Numbered from the stretch's first letter, positions 1 through 10,274 are shown. The stretch: 64,000 nucleotides of DNA from an uncultured Alphaproteobacteria bacterium (GCA_905236245.1 CAJOPC010000004.1:6079-70078); one strand, 5' to 3'. The notes: a model not told the origin generated them from the sequence alone. Program-made: numbers and translations.

Positions 1-2
1 TT

Positions 3-314
3 GTGGTGGATGCACCCTGCTCCGGCTGTGGCACTTGGCGCAGAGCTCCAAATATGAGATGGCATTTAACCGAAAAACAACTGAAACATATTGCCGAATC
101 CCAACGGGAAATTTTAAATCGTGCTGCGGCATATGTGCGTGAAGGCGGACAATTAGCATACATTACATGTTCTATTACAACCGATGAAAACGAAGCACAA
201 GTGGAGCAATTTCTAAAAACTCATCCGAATTATCGGGTCATTAAACAAAAACGCTATTCCCCCGCCCGCACAGGTACAGACGGATTCTTTTTGTGTTTAA
301 TGGAAAAAGAGTAA
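3..314 (+). CDS. C-terminal fragment of a NOL1/NOP2/Sun (RsmB-like) RNA m5C methyltransferase; the 5' end lies outside the window
   Basis: The ORF runs to the window edge. It has the D-A-P-C-S-G-(C)-G active-site motif typical of Sun-family methyltransferases, and a stop at 312-314. Confidence 0.55.
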   Translation: MVDAPCSGCGTWRRAPNMRWHLTEKQLKHIAESQREILNRAAAYVREGGQLAYITCSITTDENEAQVEQFLKTHPNYRVIKQKRYSPARTGTDGFFLCLMEKE

Positions 315-348
315 CCTTTTCTAAAAATGGCTGATTTGAAATCAGTGA

Positions 349-1224
349 TTATTGACATAATGCAAAACTGCCATAGCAGTGGTTTGTAGGAGATATATTT
401 CCACCATAAAACCCTATCGTGGGCGCATCCATGTTAGCACCTGCATTTATAAACCAAAAACCATTAATGTATCCAAAAGCCTGCATTAATTCATCTAGAA
501 CCGTGCTATATCTTACTTTATTCGCGTTAGTATACCAATTACGATCCCACTCACATGTTTGGCCACTAGCACAACATCCCCCAGAGTAATACCCATTTAC
601 TACAAGTGAATCTGAATTACTTTCATAACATTCAAATTTGCTGATATCTAACAAATTCATACCATGAGCCTTACACCAATTATCCGCTGCCCACCATGTT
701 ATCTCTTGCGTGTTTCTCCTTACTAAACCAAGAGTATTTGTTATCTCATCCTCATATTCATCAGCACTCATACAAACTCCTTTATCTGGTCTATCAGGCA
801 ATATCACCGGCGGAGGGCCATCAATGATACGTGCATCCAAATGACAAAAACACTTCTCATATCCATTTTCAACACACCAATCATTACAATCTCTATTACT
901 TATACAATTACCATCTAAATGTGTTTCTGTCCCACAAGGATCTTGTTCATACGATAAATACACATTTCCATTGGCACACACTGTACAAGATCCATCTGAA
1001 TTATGCTCTAAACCAGCTTCACATTTGGCAATACATGTATCATTCCAAACGTCCTCGTCATCTGTGCACACGACTTTGCTTCCCTCACCTCCAATATGCA
1101 AACTAATAGCATCAACACCTGTTCCACGATAAATAGAAGATTTTCGGCTCTTACCACCACCGCCAAAAGCCAACACACTTGTTGCCACCAAAATCGCTGT
1201 TCCAAATAATAAAATCTTTTCCAT
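349..1224 (-). CDS. Secreted cysteine-rich protein, family member P1 (conserved leader plus C-type-lectin-like C-terminal domain)
   Basis: The internal Met MEKILLFGTAILVATSVLAFGGGGKSRKSSIYRGTGVD matches the leader of four other paralogs. The module CTVCANGNVYLSYEQDPCGTET and the motif WWAADNWCKAHGMNLLDIS are shared with P2 and P3. The ATG lies at 1222-1224 (rev). Confidence 0.75.
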   Translation of the reverse strand: MEKILLFGTAILVATSVLAFGGGGKSRKSSIYRGTGVDAISLHIGGEGSKVVCTDDEDVWNDTCIAKCEAGLEHNSDGSCTVCANGNVYLSYEQDPCGTETHLDGNCISNRDCNDWCVENGYEKCFCHLDARIIDGPPPVILPDRPDKGVCMSADEYEDEITNTLGLVRRNTQEITWWAADNWCKAHGMNLLDISKFECYESNSDSLVVNGYYSGGCCASGQTCEWDRNWYTNANKVRYSTVLDELMQAFGYINGFWFINAGANMDAPTIGFYGGNISPTNHCYGSFALCQ

Positions 1225-1353
1225 GGTAGACCCTTCCAATATCACAAACTGCTTTCAAACTAAGCCTTTTTCCCATAAAAGTCAACCATTAAAAAACGCT
1301 TGAAAAAAAATTCATTTTATACGATAATACTCTTATTAAAGAAAGGCGATAAA

Positions 1354-2454
1354 ATGGGATTTAATTGTGGGATTGTCGGATTACCAAATGTAGGCAAATC
1401 AACTTTGTTTAATGCACTAACAGCGACGGTAAATGCTCAAGCGGCGAACTATCCGTTCTGCACGATTGAACCCAATGTGGGCCGTGTGGCTGTACCAGAC
1501 AATCGCCTAGATGAATTGCAAAAAATAGATAAAGCCGCAAAAATTGTGCCAACGCAGTTGGAATTTGTGGACATTGCCGGGCTTGTGCGTGGAGCCAGCA
1601 AAGGTGAAGGCCTCGGCAACCAATTTTTGGGCAACATCCGCGAGGTCGATGCCATTATTCACGTCCTCAGATGTTTTGAAAACACGGATATTGTGCATGT
1701 GGAAGGTTCCATTAATCCTATTCGTGATGCCGAAACGGTGGATACAGAATTGATGCTGGCCGATTTGGAAAACTTGGAAAAACGCTTGGCCGGTGTTGCC
1801 AAAAAAGCTCAAACTGGCGACAAAGAAGCTAAACAATGGGTGACCGTGATTGAGCCTGCGCTTGCTTTATTAAAAGAAGGAAAACCCGCACGCTTAGCTA
1901 TTCCGGAAGATCCCGAAATGAAAAAATTATTTAATCAATTATGTTTGTTGACGGCCAAACCGGTGCTGTATGTATGCAATGTGGATGAGGCCAGCGCCGC
2001 TACGGGAAATGAATTTTCTGCAAAAGTTGCAGAAATGGCCGAAAAGCAAGGCAATACATCCGTCGTCATTTCCGCCAACATTGAACAAGAAATTGCACAA
2101 CTACCGCTTGCTGAACAACCGGAATTTTTGGCCACTTTAGGTCTGGAAGAAACAGGTCTTTCACGCATTATTAAAGCCGGTTATAAACTATTGGGTTTGG
2201 AAACTTTCTTTACATCTGGCCCAACAGAAGCCCATGCTTGGACCATGCGCAAAGGCACTTTGGCCCCTCAAGCCGCCGGAATTATTCATACCGACTTTGA
2301 GCGGGGTTTCATTCGTGCAGAAGTGATTTCATATAATGATTATGTGACAGATGGAGGAGAAAGTGGCGCTCGCGAAAAAGGGCACTTGCGCCAGGAAGGA
2401 AAAAGTTATATAATGCAAGACGGAGATGTGGTTCATTTCTTGTTTAATGTTTAA
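1354..2454 (+). CDS. ychF: Ribosome-binding ATPase YchF (Obg-family GTPase)
   Basis: [23 protein letters not shown]-loop. It has a C-terminal TGS-like domain and is full length. I chose the internal Met at 1354 as the start because the upstream ORF extension is A/T-rich non-coding sequence. Confidence 0.9.
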   Translation: MGFNCGIVGLPNVGKSTLFNALTATVNAQAANYPFCTIEPNVGRVAVPDNRLDELQKIDKAAKIVPTQLEFVDIAGLVRGASKGEGLGNQFLGNIREVDAIIHVLRCFENTDIVHVEGSINPIRDAETVDTELMLADLENLEKRLAGVAKKAQTGDKEAKQWVTVIEPALALLKEGKPARLAIPEDPEMKKLFNQLCLLTAKPVLYVCNVDEASAATGNEFSAKVAEMAEKQGNTSVVISANIEQEIAQLPLAEQPEFLATLGLEETGLSRIIKAGYKLLGLETFFTSGPTEAHAWTMRKGTLAPQAAGIIHTDFERGFIRAEVISYNDYVTDGGESGAREKGHLRQEGKSYIMQDGDVVHFLFNV

Positions 2455-2467
2455 ATAGGGGGCAAAA

Positions 2468-2905
2468 ATGCCAATTATAGCATGGCGAGATCAAATGAGT
2501 TTAGATTATCCACCTTTGGATGATGAACACAAAGCGTTTTTGGATGTTATCAACAATGCGACAATGGATTTAAGCCGACATGAATTGGACAACATACCAC
2601 AAATGTTTGAAGCTTGCTATGATTATGTTCGCAATCATTTTTCCGACGAAGAAGATGTTATGGAACGCGTCAATTTTCCAGATATGATGGCACATATTCA
2701 GGCCCACCAACAATTTATCAAAAACATTGCTGAATTTCGCCAAGCTTACGAGCAAGCAGAAACAAAAGGTAAAAAACTGGATTTAGCACAAAAGACTGTG
2801 GCTTTCCTGTCCGTTTGGTTTGTTGGACATGTAATCAGCCGCGATAAAATGTTAAAACCATACCTTGTCCGCCTGCGCAATCTGCCACCTCGGATGCAGT
2901 ATTAA
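2468..2905 (+). CDS. Hemerythrin-like metal-binding protein (bacteriohemerythrin)
   Basis: Residue spacing H-x2-F...H-F-x2-E-E...H...H-x2-F, typical of hemerythrin cation-binding domains. The protein is 145 aa. Confidence 0.65.
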   Translation: MPIIAWRDQMSLDYPPLDDEHKAFLDVINNATMDLSRHELDNIPQMFEACYDYVRNHFSDEEDVMERVNFPDMMAHIQAHQQFIKNIAEFRQAYEQAETKGKKLDLAQKTVAFLSVWFVGHVISRDKMLKPYLVRLRNLPPRMQY

Positions 2906-2908
2906 AAA

Positions 2909-3829
2909 TTAAAATGTTCTAGGGTTGCCCGTCGGATCCGACCAATCTGACACAAACGCAGTCAAATCTTTGTTTGGCTTGGATGGCAAAATAATGTTAA
3001 AGTGCACCAAACAATCTCCACTACCACCAACACCTTTTCCTTTCAAGCGTAAAACTTTATCTCCGCTCGTATACGGAGGAACTTTAACAGAAACAGTTCC
3101 GGATGGCAAAGGAATTGTAACTGATGTACCCAAAACAGCTTCTTTAAGCGTAATAGGAACCTTCACAATCAAATTCTTTTTATCTCTTGTAAAAATACCA
3201 CCATCGGTAATATGCACTTTTATCAAGGCATCTCCACCATTTTGTCCTTGACCTCTCAGTCGCAAAGTACCACCCTCTTCAACTCCGGCGGGCACACGCA
3301 TTTTGATTTTTTTACCTTGGATAACAAGGGTTGTTTCTCCACCGGTAATAGACAAATTAAATGGAATTGTATATTCATATTGGACATCTTGAGCGGGTCG
3401 ATAATTGCGTGTTCTTTGAGCACTGCCCATCCCAAACAAGTCGGCAAAATTAAATCCGCCGCCACCGCCCATGCCACCAAACATAGAAGCTAAATCTTCA
3501 GGATTGATATTAGTATAGGTTGTATTCCCTTGGCGATATGTCCTGCCGCCACCCATGCTACCAAAACCACCCCCGGCACGATCATACGCGCCAGCACCAA
3601 ACGGTGTTGGATTTCCATTATCATCAATTTCACCAGCGTCATAACGGGCGCGCTTCGATTTATCAGATAGAATCTCATAGGCCTTACTGACATTTTTAAA
3701 CTTCTCTTGAGCCTTTGCATCAGGATTTACATCTGGGTGCAATGTTTTAGCCATCTTATGATAGGCCTTTTTAATTTCCCCATCGCTCGCGCTTTTTGAG
3801 ACGCCTAATAAATCATATAAATTTGCCAT
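2909..3829 (-). CDS. cbpA: J-domain protein, CbpA/DnaJ class II (J domain, G/F-rich linker, DnaJ C-terminal domain, no zinc finger)
   Basis: N-terminal YDLLGV...KKAYHKMAKTLHPD...KFKNVSKAYEILSD...RARYD J-domain with HPD. A Gly/Phe-rich segment follows. There is no CxxCxGxG repeat. Confidence 0.8.
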   Translation of the reverse strand: MANLYDLLGVSKSASDGEIKKAYHKMAKTLHPDVNPDAKAQEKFKNVSKAYEILSDKSKRARYDAGEIDDNGNPTPFGAGAYDRAGGGFGSMGGGRTYRQGNTTYTNINPEDLASMFGGMGGGGGFNFADLFGMGSAQRTRNYRPAQDVQYEYTIPFNLSITGGETTLVIQGKKIKMRVPAGVEEGGTLRLRGQGQNGGDALIKVHITDGGIFTRDKKNLIVKVPITLKEAVLGTSVTIPLPSGTVSVKVPPYTSGDKVLRLKGKGVGGSGDCLVHFNIILPSKPNKDLTAFVSDWSDPTGNPRTF

Positions 3830-3920
3830 AACTAAGCTCCTTTTAACATACTATTATATAATATAGTCTGAATTTAAAAAAAATCTATGGTAAATCAAAA
3901 AAAAATGTTATAATCGCATT

Positions 3921-4823
3921 ATGTCAAGAAAACAAAACAACAGATTAATGATATTTTCTAGCATAGCCTCACTAGCTACGGTCTGCATTTTACTTGTCTT
4001 AAAAACTATTGCTTTTTTTACCACGAATTCCGTTGCCATTTTATCAAGTTTATTTGACTCTATCCAAGACCTAGTCACTTCTGGTGTCAATTTGGTGGCA
4101 ATCAAACAAGCCGTTCAGCCCCCAGACACAGATCATCGCTTTGGACACGGGAAAGCCCAAGGCATCGGAGCATTGATACAAGCGGTTATTATTACTGTAT
4201 CTGCTTTGTTCTTAGCTGCCGAATCTATCAAGCACCTGATACAACACCAAAAAGCGCATGATATTGGTTTTGGTGTTGAAGTTATTCTTATCTCCTTAAT
4301 TTTAACAATGGGACTGATTTTATTCCAAAATTATGTTATTAAAAAAACATCTTCTCTATCTATCAAGGCTGATTATGCTCATTATGCCGGCGATATTTTA
4401 ATGAATATTGGTGTGTTATTGGCTTTGTTTGGAAATACCTATCTTAATTGTTGGTGGATGGACGGATTATTTGGTATTCTTGTTTCAATATATCTGTTAC
4501 GAACAGTTTGGCATATTGCCTCAGAATCTATTTCTTTATTGATGGACAAAGAACTGGATACATCAACTCGCCATACAATTCATGATATCGCTATGCAGGT
4601 AAAAGGAGTTCGAAAGATATCCTCTTTAAAAACTCGGGCGGGTGGGGATTGTATGTTCATCCAATTTAATATTCATCTTGATGGAAAATTATCTTTACAC
4701 AAAGCCCATCAAATCACGGATGAAGTCGAATCAAAATTAAGGGAGAAATATCCTCAAGCAGAAATTATTATTCACGCAGAACCATTTCAAAATAGCAAAG
4801 GGAAGGATAAAAATGCCATATAA
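3921..4823 (+). CDS. Cation diffusion facilitator family transporter (CzcD/FieF-like)
   Basis: Six predicted TM helices followed by a cytoplasmic domain. Motifs such as HYAGDILMN and HAEP are typical of CDF proteins. An extended -10 (TGTTATAAT) lies upstream. Confidence 0.8.
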   Translation: MSRKQNNRLMIFSSIASLATVCILLVLKTIAFFTTNSVAILSSLFDSIQDLVTSGVNLVAIKQAVQPPDTDHRFGHGKAQGIGALIQAVIITVSALFLAAESIKHLIQHQKAHDIGFGVEVILISLILTMGLILFQNYVIKKTSSLSIKADYAHYAGDILMNIGVLLALFGNTYLNCWWMDGLFGILVSIYLLRTVWHIASESISLLMDKELDTSTRHTIHDIAMQVKGVRKISSLKTRAGGDCMFIQFNIHLDGKLSLHKAHQITDEVESKLREKYPQAEIIIHAEPFQNSKGKDKNAI

Positions 4824-5133
4824 TATACAACGACATCGCGTACATATCAGACAAAAACAACAAGAGGCCAGAGAAAATGGACAATTTGGAATATTGTTCT
4901 TTTTAATCTGTATGGGATTCTTTTTATTCGCAGGCAATACCGTGTTAATGCAAATGAAAAACTTAGGAACTTCTCTACGTCAAAAATTATCACAGCTTTT
5001 CTCCAAAAATAAAGGAGAACTTGCGGAAAGTGATCCTCTTAAGAAAATGGGAGAAGTTGTCCGCCGCAATGATAAAGTTCTTGAAGAAGTTACCAAAAAT
5101 GTGGCTCCTGAAGCAACAGATGAACGTGACTAA
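4813..5133 (+). CDS. Small hypothetical membrane protein
   Basis: The ORF fills the gap between the CDF transporter and der. It has one hydrophobic helix (ILFFLICMGFFLFAG). There is no other support. Confidence 0.3.
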   Translation: MPYNIQRHRVHIRQKQQEARENGQFGILFFLICMGFFLFAGNTVLMQMKNLGTSLRQKLSQLFSKNKGELAESDPLKKMGEVVRRNDKVLEEVTKNVAPEATDERD

Positions 5134-5137
5134 GATA

Positions 5138-6508
5138 CTAAGCTTTTAATTTTTTCTTGGTGTGTTTTGCCACCATCTTCTTTTCTTTTTGCTCAAAAGG
5201 ATTTTCACGTTTACGCAGGTGAATCCGGATTGGCACACCTTCAATACCAAAAGCCGCCTTTAATCCATTAGAAACATAGCGCATATATGAATCTGGCAAA
5301 CTGTCCGGATTAGATGTAAAAATAACAAAGGTTGGCGGCCGAATACTGACTTGCGTCATATACTTCATAGGAACACGATGTCCATTTCGTGCCAATGGCG
5401 TCGGATGAGCTTGTTTCAACTCCTCTAAAAAAGCGTTCAATTTATGCGTTGGAACGCGTTTGTTCCATAATGTATACATGCGGAAAACTTCATTCATCAA
5501 TTTATCCAAAGCCAAACCATTTTTGGCAGAAACTGGAACAACCGGTATTTTTTTAACCTGTTGTAAAGATTCAACCATTCGTCCTTTTAATTCTTTTAAA
5601 ACAGCTTGTGGATTGGCAACAATATCCCATTTATTCAGGGCAATTACCAAGGCGCGTCCTTCTTTCAAAACCGTTTCCGCAATGGCTAAATCCTGACGTT
5701 CCAAAGGTTGCATAGCATCCAATACCAAAACAACAACCTCGGCAAAATCAATTGCATTTTTTGTCTCCTGTCCACAAATACGCTCTAACTCATCGTCAAT
5801 CTTACCATATTTGCGCAAACCCGCTGTATCCGTCAATAAAATCTTCTTTCCTTTCCACATCCACGGGATTGTAATAGCATCACGTGTGACCCCAGCATTT
5901 GGCCCGGTTAAAAGCCGGTTTTGTTTTAAAAATTGATTCACGAGCGTAGATTTACCCACATTTGGACGACCGACAATAGCTAATTGCAATGGACGATCTT
6001 TTTCTTCTTTAACACTCTCTTCACGAGGACATAAGGCCCCTATTTTTTGCACCAACTCTTTTATCCCGATGTTATGCTCTGCGGAAATAGGCATTGGATC
6101 CCCAAGGCCTAAACGATAAAATTCCCCCAACGCATCCGTTTGCTTTTGACCTTCACATTTGTTTACGACCAGAAATTTCACCTTATCAACTTTTTTCAAT
6201 TGTCTGGCCAATTTTAAATCTAAAGCATTTAATTCGGTTCTTCCATCGGTGATCATTAAAATAATATCAGCCTCTTGAATGGCTAACTCCGTTTGTTGCC
6301 ACATCGCTTTTGCCAATGAAGAAGTATCTTCCAAACCCGCGGTATCCACCAATCGAACAATTGTTCCGTTCAAATCTGCTTCGGCTTCCTTTCGGTCGCG
6401 CGTCACCCCTGGCCGATCATGCACGATGGCCAAATGCTTATGACACAACTTGTTAAAGAGCGTTGATTTCCCTACATTTGTACGCCCGACCAAAACAACC
6501 GTTTTCAT
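5138..6508 (-). CDS. der: Ribosome biogenesis GTPase Der (EngA), with two tandem GTPase domains
   Basis: Two G domains (GRTNVGKST and GRPNVGKST) plus a KH-like C-terminus. Gene order yfgM-bamB-der. Confidence 0.95.
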   Translation of the reverse strand: MKTVVLVGRTNVGKSTLFNKLCHKHLAIVHDRPGVTRDRKEAEADLNGTIVRLVDTAGLEDTSSLAKAMWQQTELAIQEADIILMITDGRTELNALDLKLARQLKKVDKVKFLVVNKCEGQKQTDALGEFYRLGLGDPMPISAEHNIGIKELVQKIGALCPREESVKEEKDRPLQLAIVGRPNVGKSTLVNQFLKQNRLLTGPNAGVTRDAITIPWMWKGKKILLTDTAGLRKYGKIDDELERICGQETKNAIDFAEVVVLVLDAMQPLERQDLAIAETVLKEGRALVIALNKWDIVANPQAVLKELKGRMVESLQQVKKIPVVPVSAKNGLALDKLMNEVFRMYTLWNKRVPTHKLNAFLEELKQAHPTPLARNGHRVPMKYMTQVSIRPPTFVIFTSNPDSLPDSYMRYVSNGLKAAFGIEGVPIRIHLRKRENPFEQKEKKMVAKHTKKKLKA

Positions 6509-6517
6509 AAAATATCC

Positions 6518-7750
6518 TTACTGATAAAAAACCTTCGTTTTTTCGTCCATCATAATCAACCGATCGCCCACAACGATGGGTTGCGTTTTCATATCAAACT
6601 CTCGTTCGGCAGCTTTTTCTCCGTTGGCAGGATTTACAAAAACTAATTTCTCTCCATCCTCCAAAACAAGCTGATTATTTTGAATGGTTAAACTTTGCCA
6701 TGCTTGTCCTTTTTCAGGCGCATAAGATTGCTTCCAAAAAACCTTACCTGTTTTCTTGTCCAAGGAAACAAGCTCATTATCATTTGTCAAGATAAAGAGA
6801 GCATTTTTCCCCAACACCGGCGTAACACGACCACCAAAGTTGTGGGTCCACTTACTTATTCCGGTTTTTAAATCATAGGCCCCAGTTAAATTAGCATTAC
6901 CCACAAGGTATACAATACCCTTTTCGATAACAGGAGCAGCCACAATCTGCGGCACTTCCACCATATCACGAGGCCGATTGCCGACCATCACTTGAATCCA
7001 TAACATTGAACCAGAGTCAATATCAAAACCAATAACCTCCCCAGTGCTAAACGGAGCAACTAAGATGCCACCGGCCAACGCTGGCGGAGCCATCTCCTGC
7101 AGCAATGTAGAAGTCTTTGTTGTCTGATAGCGCCAAATTTCCTTACCATTTTTCTGAGACAAACAAATAAGTTGATTGTGTGCCGTCACAAAATAGAGAG
7201 CATTTTTATCCGTTTGCACAAAAGAACGCATTGGAACTTGAAAATCTTTTTGCCAAATTTGCTCTCCATCCAAATCTAATGCGGTCACATTTCCCCTAGA
7301 AGAAACTGCAAACAACTTGTCATTATTAAGTGTTAAACCAACTCCAGCAGAATCAGCCGCCAATTGTTTTTGCCACACTTGAGAACCATCCGTTAAATTC
7401 AACTTTGTCAGCGTATAGGTTCCATCCAACACAAATAAAGCATCTTTTGTAGCCAATGGAGGAACTAACCTACGCGAACCAAGATCTGTTGAAACACCAA
7501 CCTTTCGGCGCCAAGCCGTCGCTTTATCAGCTTCCACTTTTGCATTAGGCAATCTATTCTGATTGTTGAATAACTTTGATGGCCAGTTTTCAACACGAAT
7601 CGCATCCTCCAACTGAGGTGTTCCTTGTCCTTGCTGTGGCGTAAGTGTTTCAAATACAGCGACCCGCCCCTCCTTGGGTGCATATCTTTTGTCGTCTGTA
7701 CAAGCACAAATACAACAACCCACCAGTAACAAAGCAATAATTTTTTTCAT
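6518..7750 (-). CDS. bamB: Outer membrane protein assembly factor BamB (PQQ-like beta-propeller lipoprotein)
   Basis: Lipoprotein signal with a Cys lipobox (LLVGCCICAC). Repeated beta-propeller blades. It lies immediately upstream of der as in Enterobacteria. The start is set at the MKKIIALLL Met. Confidence 0.85.
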   Translation of the reverse strand: MKKIIALLLVGCCICACTDDKRYAPKEGRVAVFETLTPQQGQGTPQLEDAIRVENWPSKLFNNQNRLPNAKVEADKATAWRRKVGVSTDLGSRRLVPPLATKDALFVLDGTYTLTKLNLTDGSQVWQKQLAADSAGVGLTLNNDKLFAVSSRGNVTALDLDGEQIWQKDFQVPMRSFVQTDKNALYFVTAHNQLICLSQKNGKEIWRYQTTKTSTLLQEMAPPALAGGILVAPFSTGEVIGFDIDSGSMLWIQVMVGNRPRDMVEVPQIVAAPVIEKGIVYLVGNANLTGAYDLKTGISKWTHNFGGRVTPVLGKNALFILTNDNELVSLDKKTGKVFWKQSYAPEKGQAWQSLTIQNNQLVLEDGEKLVFVNPANGEKAAEREFDMKTQPIVVGDRLIMMDEKTKVFYQ

Positions 7751-7751
7751 C

Positions 7752-8453
7752 TTACTTATTCTCAATCACCCTTTTTATTTGAATCAAATGCGCTTTTGTA
7801 TCTTCAGGAATATCGGACCGTTCCTCACAAGATTGAAGGAAGCGCACGGCTTCATCTTTTTTGCCATCATTTAAGTAAATTGCAGCAATTAAATCAGCCG
7901 CCAAACGAACATAATCCGGATCATTCATCAACTGCTCTAACAATGGGAGCAATTCTTGTGTATTGCCAGCTGTTAGTTGAGAATCCACATATGATAATGT
8001 TGCTGTTTGACGTATATTTTTAGGGGCATCCGAATTCATCAAATCGCGGAAATATTTGACTGCATCAGCCTGTCTATTGGACCGAGCATAAACACCGGCC
8101 AATTGCAACTTAGCCATATAACGATAACCTGTTTGTCCCTCATTAGCCAACTTCTCTAAGGCAGGAATAGCTGCCTCCATCTCTTGTGTATATAGCAGGA
8201 CCAAAGCATTTTCATAAATATCGGATTCTTCCAAACGTGTCTTCATCCGCCATGATTGATATATTTGAATTCCGGCTGTAGTTCCCAAAATCAATGCAAT
8301 AGCAGCATACACAAACCAACGATATTTTTTCCAAAAATTATTCAAGCGTTCTTGACGCAAATCTTCGTCCACCTCTAATTCAAATGCGTGTTCTTGATGT
8401 TTTTTGCAATTATCACAATTGCTACAATTTTTTTGTTGTTTTACTTTTGCCAT
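7752..8453 (-). CDS. yfgM: YfgM-like TPR membrane protein (UPF0070)
   Basis: N-terminal TM helix then TPR-like helices. Conserved position upstream of bamB-der. The start at MAKVKQQ is preceded by an AGGAGG RBS. Confidence 0.65.
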   Translation of the reverse strand: MAKVKQQKNCSNCDNCKKHQEHAFELEVDEDLRQERLNNFWKKYRWFVYAAIALILGTTAGIQIYQSWRMKTRLEESDIYENALVLLYTQEMEAAIPALEKLANEGQTGYRYMAKLQLAGVYARSNRQADAVKYFRDLMNSDAPKNIRQTATLSYVDSQLTAGNTQELLPLLEQLMNDPDYVRLAADLIAAIYLNDGKKDEAVRFLQSCEERSDIPEDTKAHLIQIKRVIENK

Positions 8454-8508
8454 TTTTCCTCCTTCGTTTTTTTGCATTTTAACTCAAAATAATTTAAATG
8501 TCCACAGG

Positions 8509-9285
8509 TTATTTTTCTTTTTGCGGAAATTTTGCAAAAATCGGCAAAGCAATCCAACTTGGCAAGCAAGATCCAAACCATGCGGCGAATACCATAATCT
8601 TTGGGAAGCCAATCAGCGCCGGCCGTTTATTTAGTTTTTTGTGGATAATATGTGCCGCCCGCTCCGGCTTCATCAAAAAGGGCATACGGAAACGATTTTT
8701 ATCCGTCAAAGGCGTCTCAATAAAACCCGGGCAAATTGTTGTGATATTTATGCCGCGCGGCTTTTGCTGACCATACAAAGCCTCCCCCAACGCCTTAACC
8801 GCAGCTTTACTGGCTGAATAGGCCGGACAGCTTGCCATCCCACGATAACCAGCCAAAGAAGCAATAATAGCAATATGTCCTTTACGACGTTTGCGCATCA
8901 AATCCAATGCCGGCAAAATTGTGTTGAGCACCCCAAAAACATTTGTTGTCATAATTTTGCGCACCGCCTCTGTATTTTCGACCATTCCGATCACCCCGGC
9001 AGAAACACCTGCATTAGCAATAACCAAATCTAAAGGGGTCCGTTTAAATGCTGCAGTAATGGCTTTAAGCGCAGCATTTTCATCCGTCACATCAAACAGA
9101 TATGTATATACCTTTGATCCTTTTTGTCGACACTTTTCCGCCGTTAGCATTAAACGCTCTTTATTGCGCCCGCACAAGTGCAAAGTACGACCGGCCATAG
9201 CATACTCTATCGCTAAATGAGCTCCTAAACCACTAGACGCTCCCGTGATAAAAACCGATTTTGGTTCTTGCTTTTTGAAAAACAT
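8509..9285 (-). CDS. Short-chain dehydrogenase/reductase (SDR family oxidoreductase)
   Basis: TGASSGLG Rossmann motif and catalytic YSASK. The start MFFKK is preceded by an AAGGAG RBS. Confidence 0.85.
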   Translation of the reverse strand: MFFKKQEPKSVFITGASSGLGAHLAIEYAMAGRTLHLCGRNKERLMLTAEKCRQKGSKVYTYLFDVTDENAALKAITAAFKRTPLDLVIANAGVSAGVIGMVENTEAVRKIMTTNVFGVLNTILPALDLMRKRRKGHIAIIASLAGYRGMASCPAYSASKAAVKALGEALYGQQKPRGINITTICPGFIETPLTDKNRFRMPFLMKPERAAHIIHKKLNKRPALIGFPKIMVFAAWFGSCLPSWIALPIFAKFPQKEK

Positions 9286-9295
9286 AAAAAACTCC

Positions 9296-9324
9296 TTGAC
9301 AATAAAATTATAATGCGTTATAAT
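9296..9324 (+). promoter_or_regulatory. Consensus sigma70 promoter for tRNA-Leu (TTGACA-17 bp-TATAAT)
   Basis: TTGACA at 9296-9301 and TATAAT at 9319-9324. The tRNA 5' end lies about 20 nt downstream. Confidence 0.7.
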
Positions 9325-9343
9325 GGCGCTTGTCAACAAAAAA

Positions 9344-9430
9344 GCCTCTGTGGCGAAATTGGTAGACGCGACAGACTCAAAATCTGTTTCCAGCGATGGA
9401 GTGCTGGTTCAAGTCCGGCCAGAGGTACCA
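9344..9430 (+). tRNA. tRNA-Leu (anticodon CAA) with long variable arm and encoded CCA
   Basis: Acceptor stem GCCTCTG/CAGAGGT. Anticodon loop CT-CAA-AA. Long extra arm. TTCAAGTCC T-loop. The 3' end is ...AGAGGTACCA. Confidence 0.9.
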
Positions 9431-9500
9431 ATAAAAATACCGTCCAATTTGGGACGGTTTTTCTTTTTGTTTCCAAGCGCTTGTGCTGGCTCGATAACAG
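9426..9500. repeat. Direct repeat copy 1 (tRNA-Leu 3' end plus downstream terminator), att-like
   Basis: gtaccaataaaaataccgtccaatttgggacggtttttc... is repeated at 10328..10402. The first 39 nt differ at 3 positions. Confidence 0.7.
9436..9468 (+). terminator. Rho-independent terminator after tRNA-Leu
   Basis: CCGTCC-aatttg-GGACGG hairpin followed by a T-run. Confidence 0.7.
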
Positions 9501-9608
9501 TTCGCATTACTAGACTAGATTTTCGTCATTTATCGAACTCATAAAACAACGCAATTCGTTACAGAAGCCTAAAATAAATTGTTTTAAAAGTATTCACTCT
9601 AGCTTTTG

Positions 9609-10184
9609 CTATGAATCTAAGATCTCCGAAAGAAGTTGTGGAAAAGTATTGTATCCTGCCGCCGAGTTAAAATGTCCTGCTTGTTGAACCATTTTAATTT
9701 CTGCTTCAATTTTTTGTGCAAAATCAAGCGATACAGAGTTAGGAACATAAGGGTCATTTTCTGAAATAAAACACATTCTTTTTTCAGATAAGTTGGCCAC
9801 TTCTTGAAAATCATTTTTAATGAAAAATGGCTCATTTATAAGATCAAACTCAGGCGCATGTAATTTTTGGTATAAGGGGGCAACGAAATAGAGCCCTTTA
9901 ACTTTTAGCTTCGTATCCAGCAGATAATCTGTAATAAAAGCAGGGCCTAAACTATGCCCAATAAAGGATGTTTGAGCCCCAAAGAAAGGACGATAAACAT
10001 CCAAAACGCGAAACCAATTTTCATAATTTTGAAAGCCTATTCCGCAAGGAAATTGTGGAACTAAGACATTATAGCCTTTGGATTCCAACTGTTGAAAAAG
10101 CCAAGGAAACCAATTCTCAAATGGGGAGCCATAGCTTCCATGCACTATCACAAAATCATACACTTTTTCTTTAGTTTCAGACAT
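9609..10184 (-). CDS. Alpha/beta-hydrolase fold serine hydrolase (YqiA/RBBP9-like)
   Basis: GHSLG nucleophile elbow and a conserved VIVHG N-terminus. Size 191 aa. Confidence 0.6.
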   Translation of the reverse strand: MSETKEKVYDFVIVHGSYGSPFENWFPWLFQQLESKGYNVLVPQFPCGIGFQNYENWFRVLDVYRPFFGAQTSFIGHSLGPAFITDYLLDTKLKVKGLYFVAPLYQKLHAPEFDLINEPFFIKNDFQEVANLSEKRMCFISENDPYVPNSVSLDFAQKIEAEIKMVQQAGHFNSAAGYNTFPQLLSEILDS

Positions 10185-10274
10185 TTTTTATCCTTTCCTT
10201 GAATGGGTATTATTTTAGCCGAGTTATAAATATTTTGCAACTAAAATTAAAACTTCAATAGGTCAATTTGCTGT

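Noticed and set aside
1300-1353. Upstream extensions of ychF, gap (51444..51584), pgk (47703..47738), PFOR (43829..43939), the U32 peptidase (27100..27135) and P1 (1225..1245)
   Set aside because: The extensions are A/T-rich and lack conserved N-terminal residues. In each case an internal Met with an RBS matches the canonical protein N-terminus.
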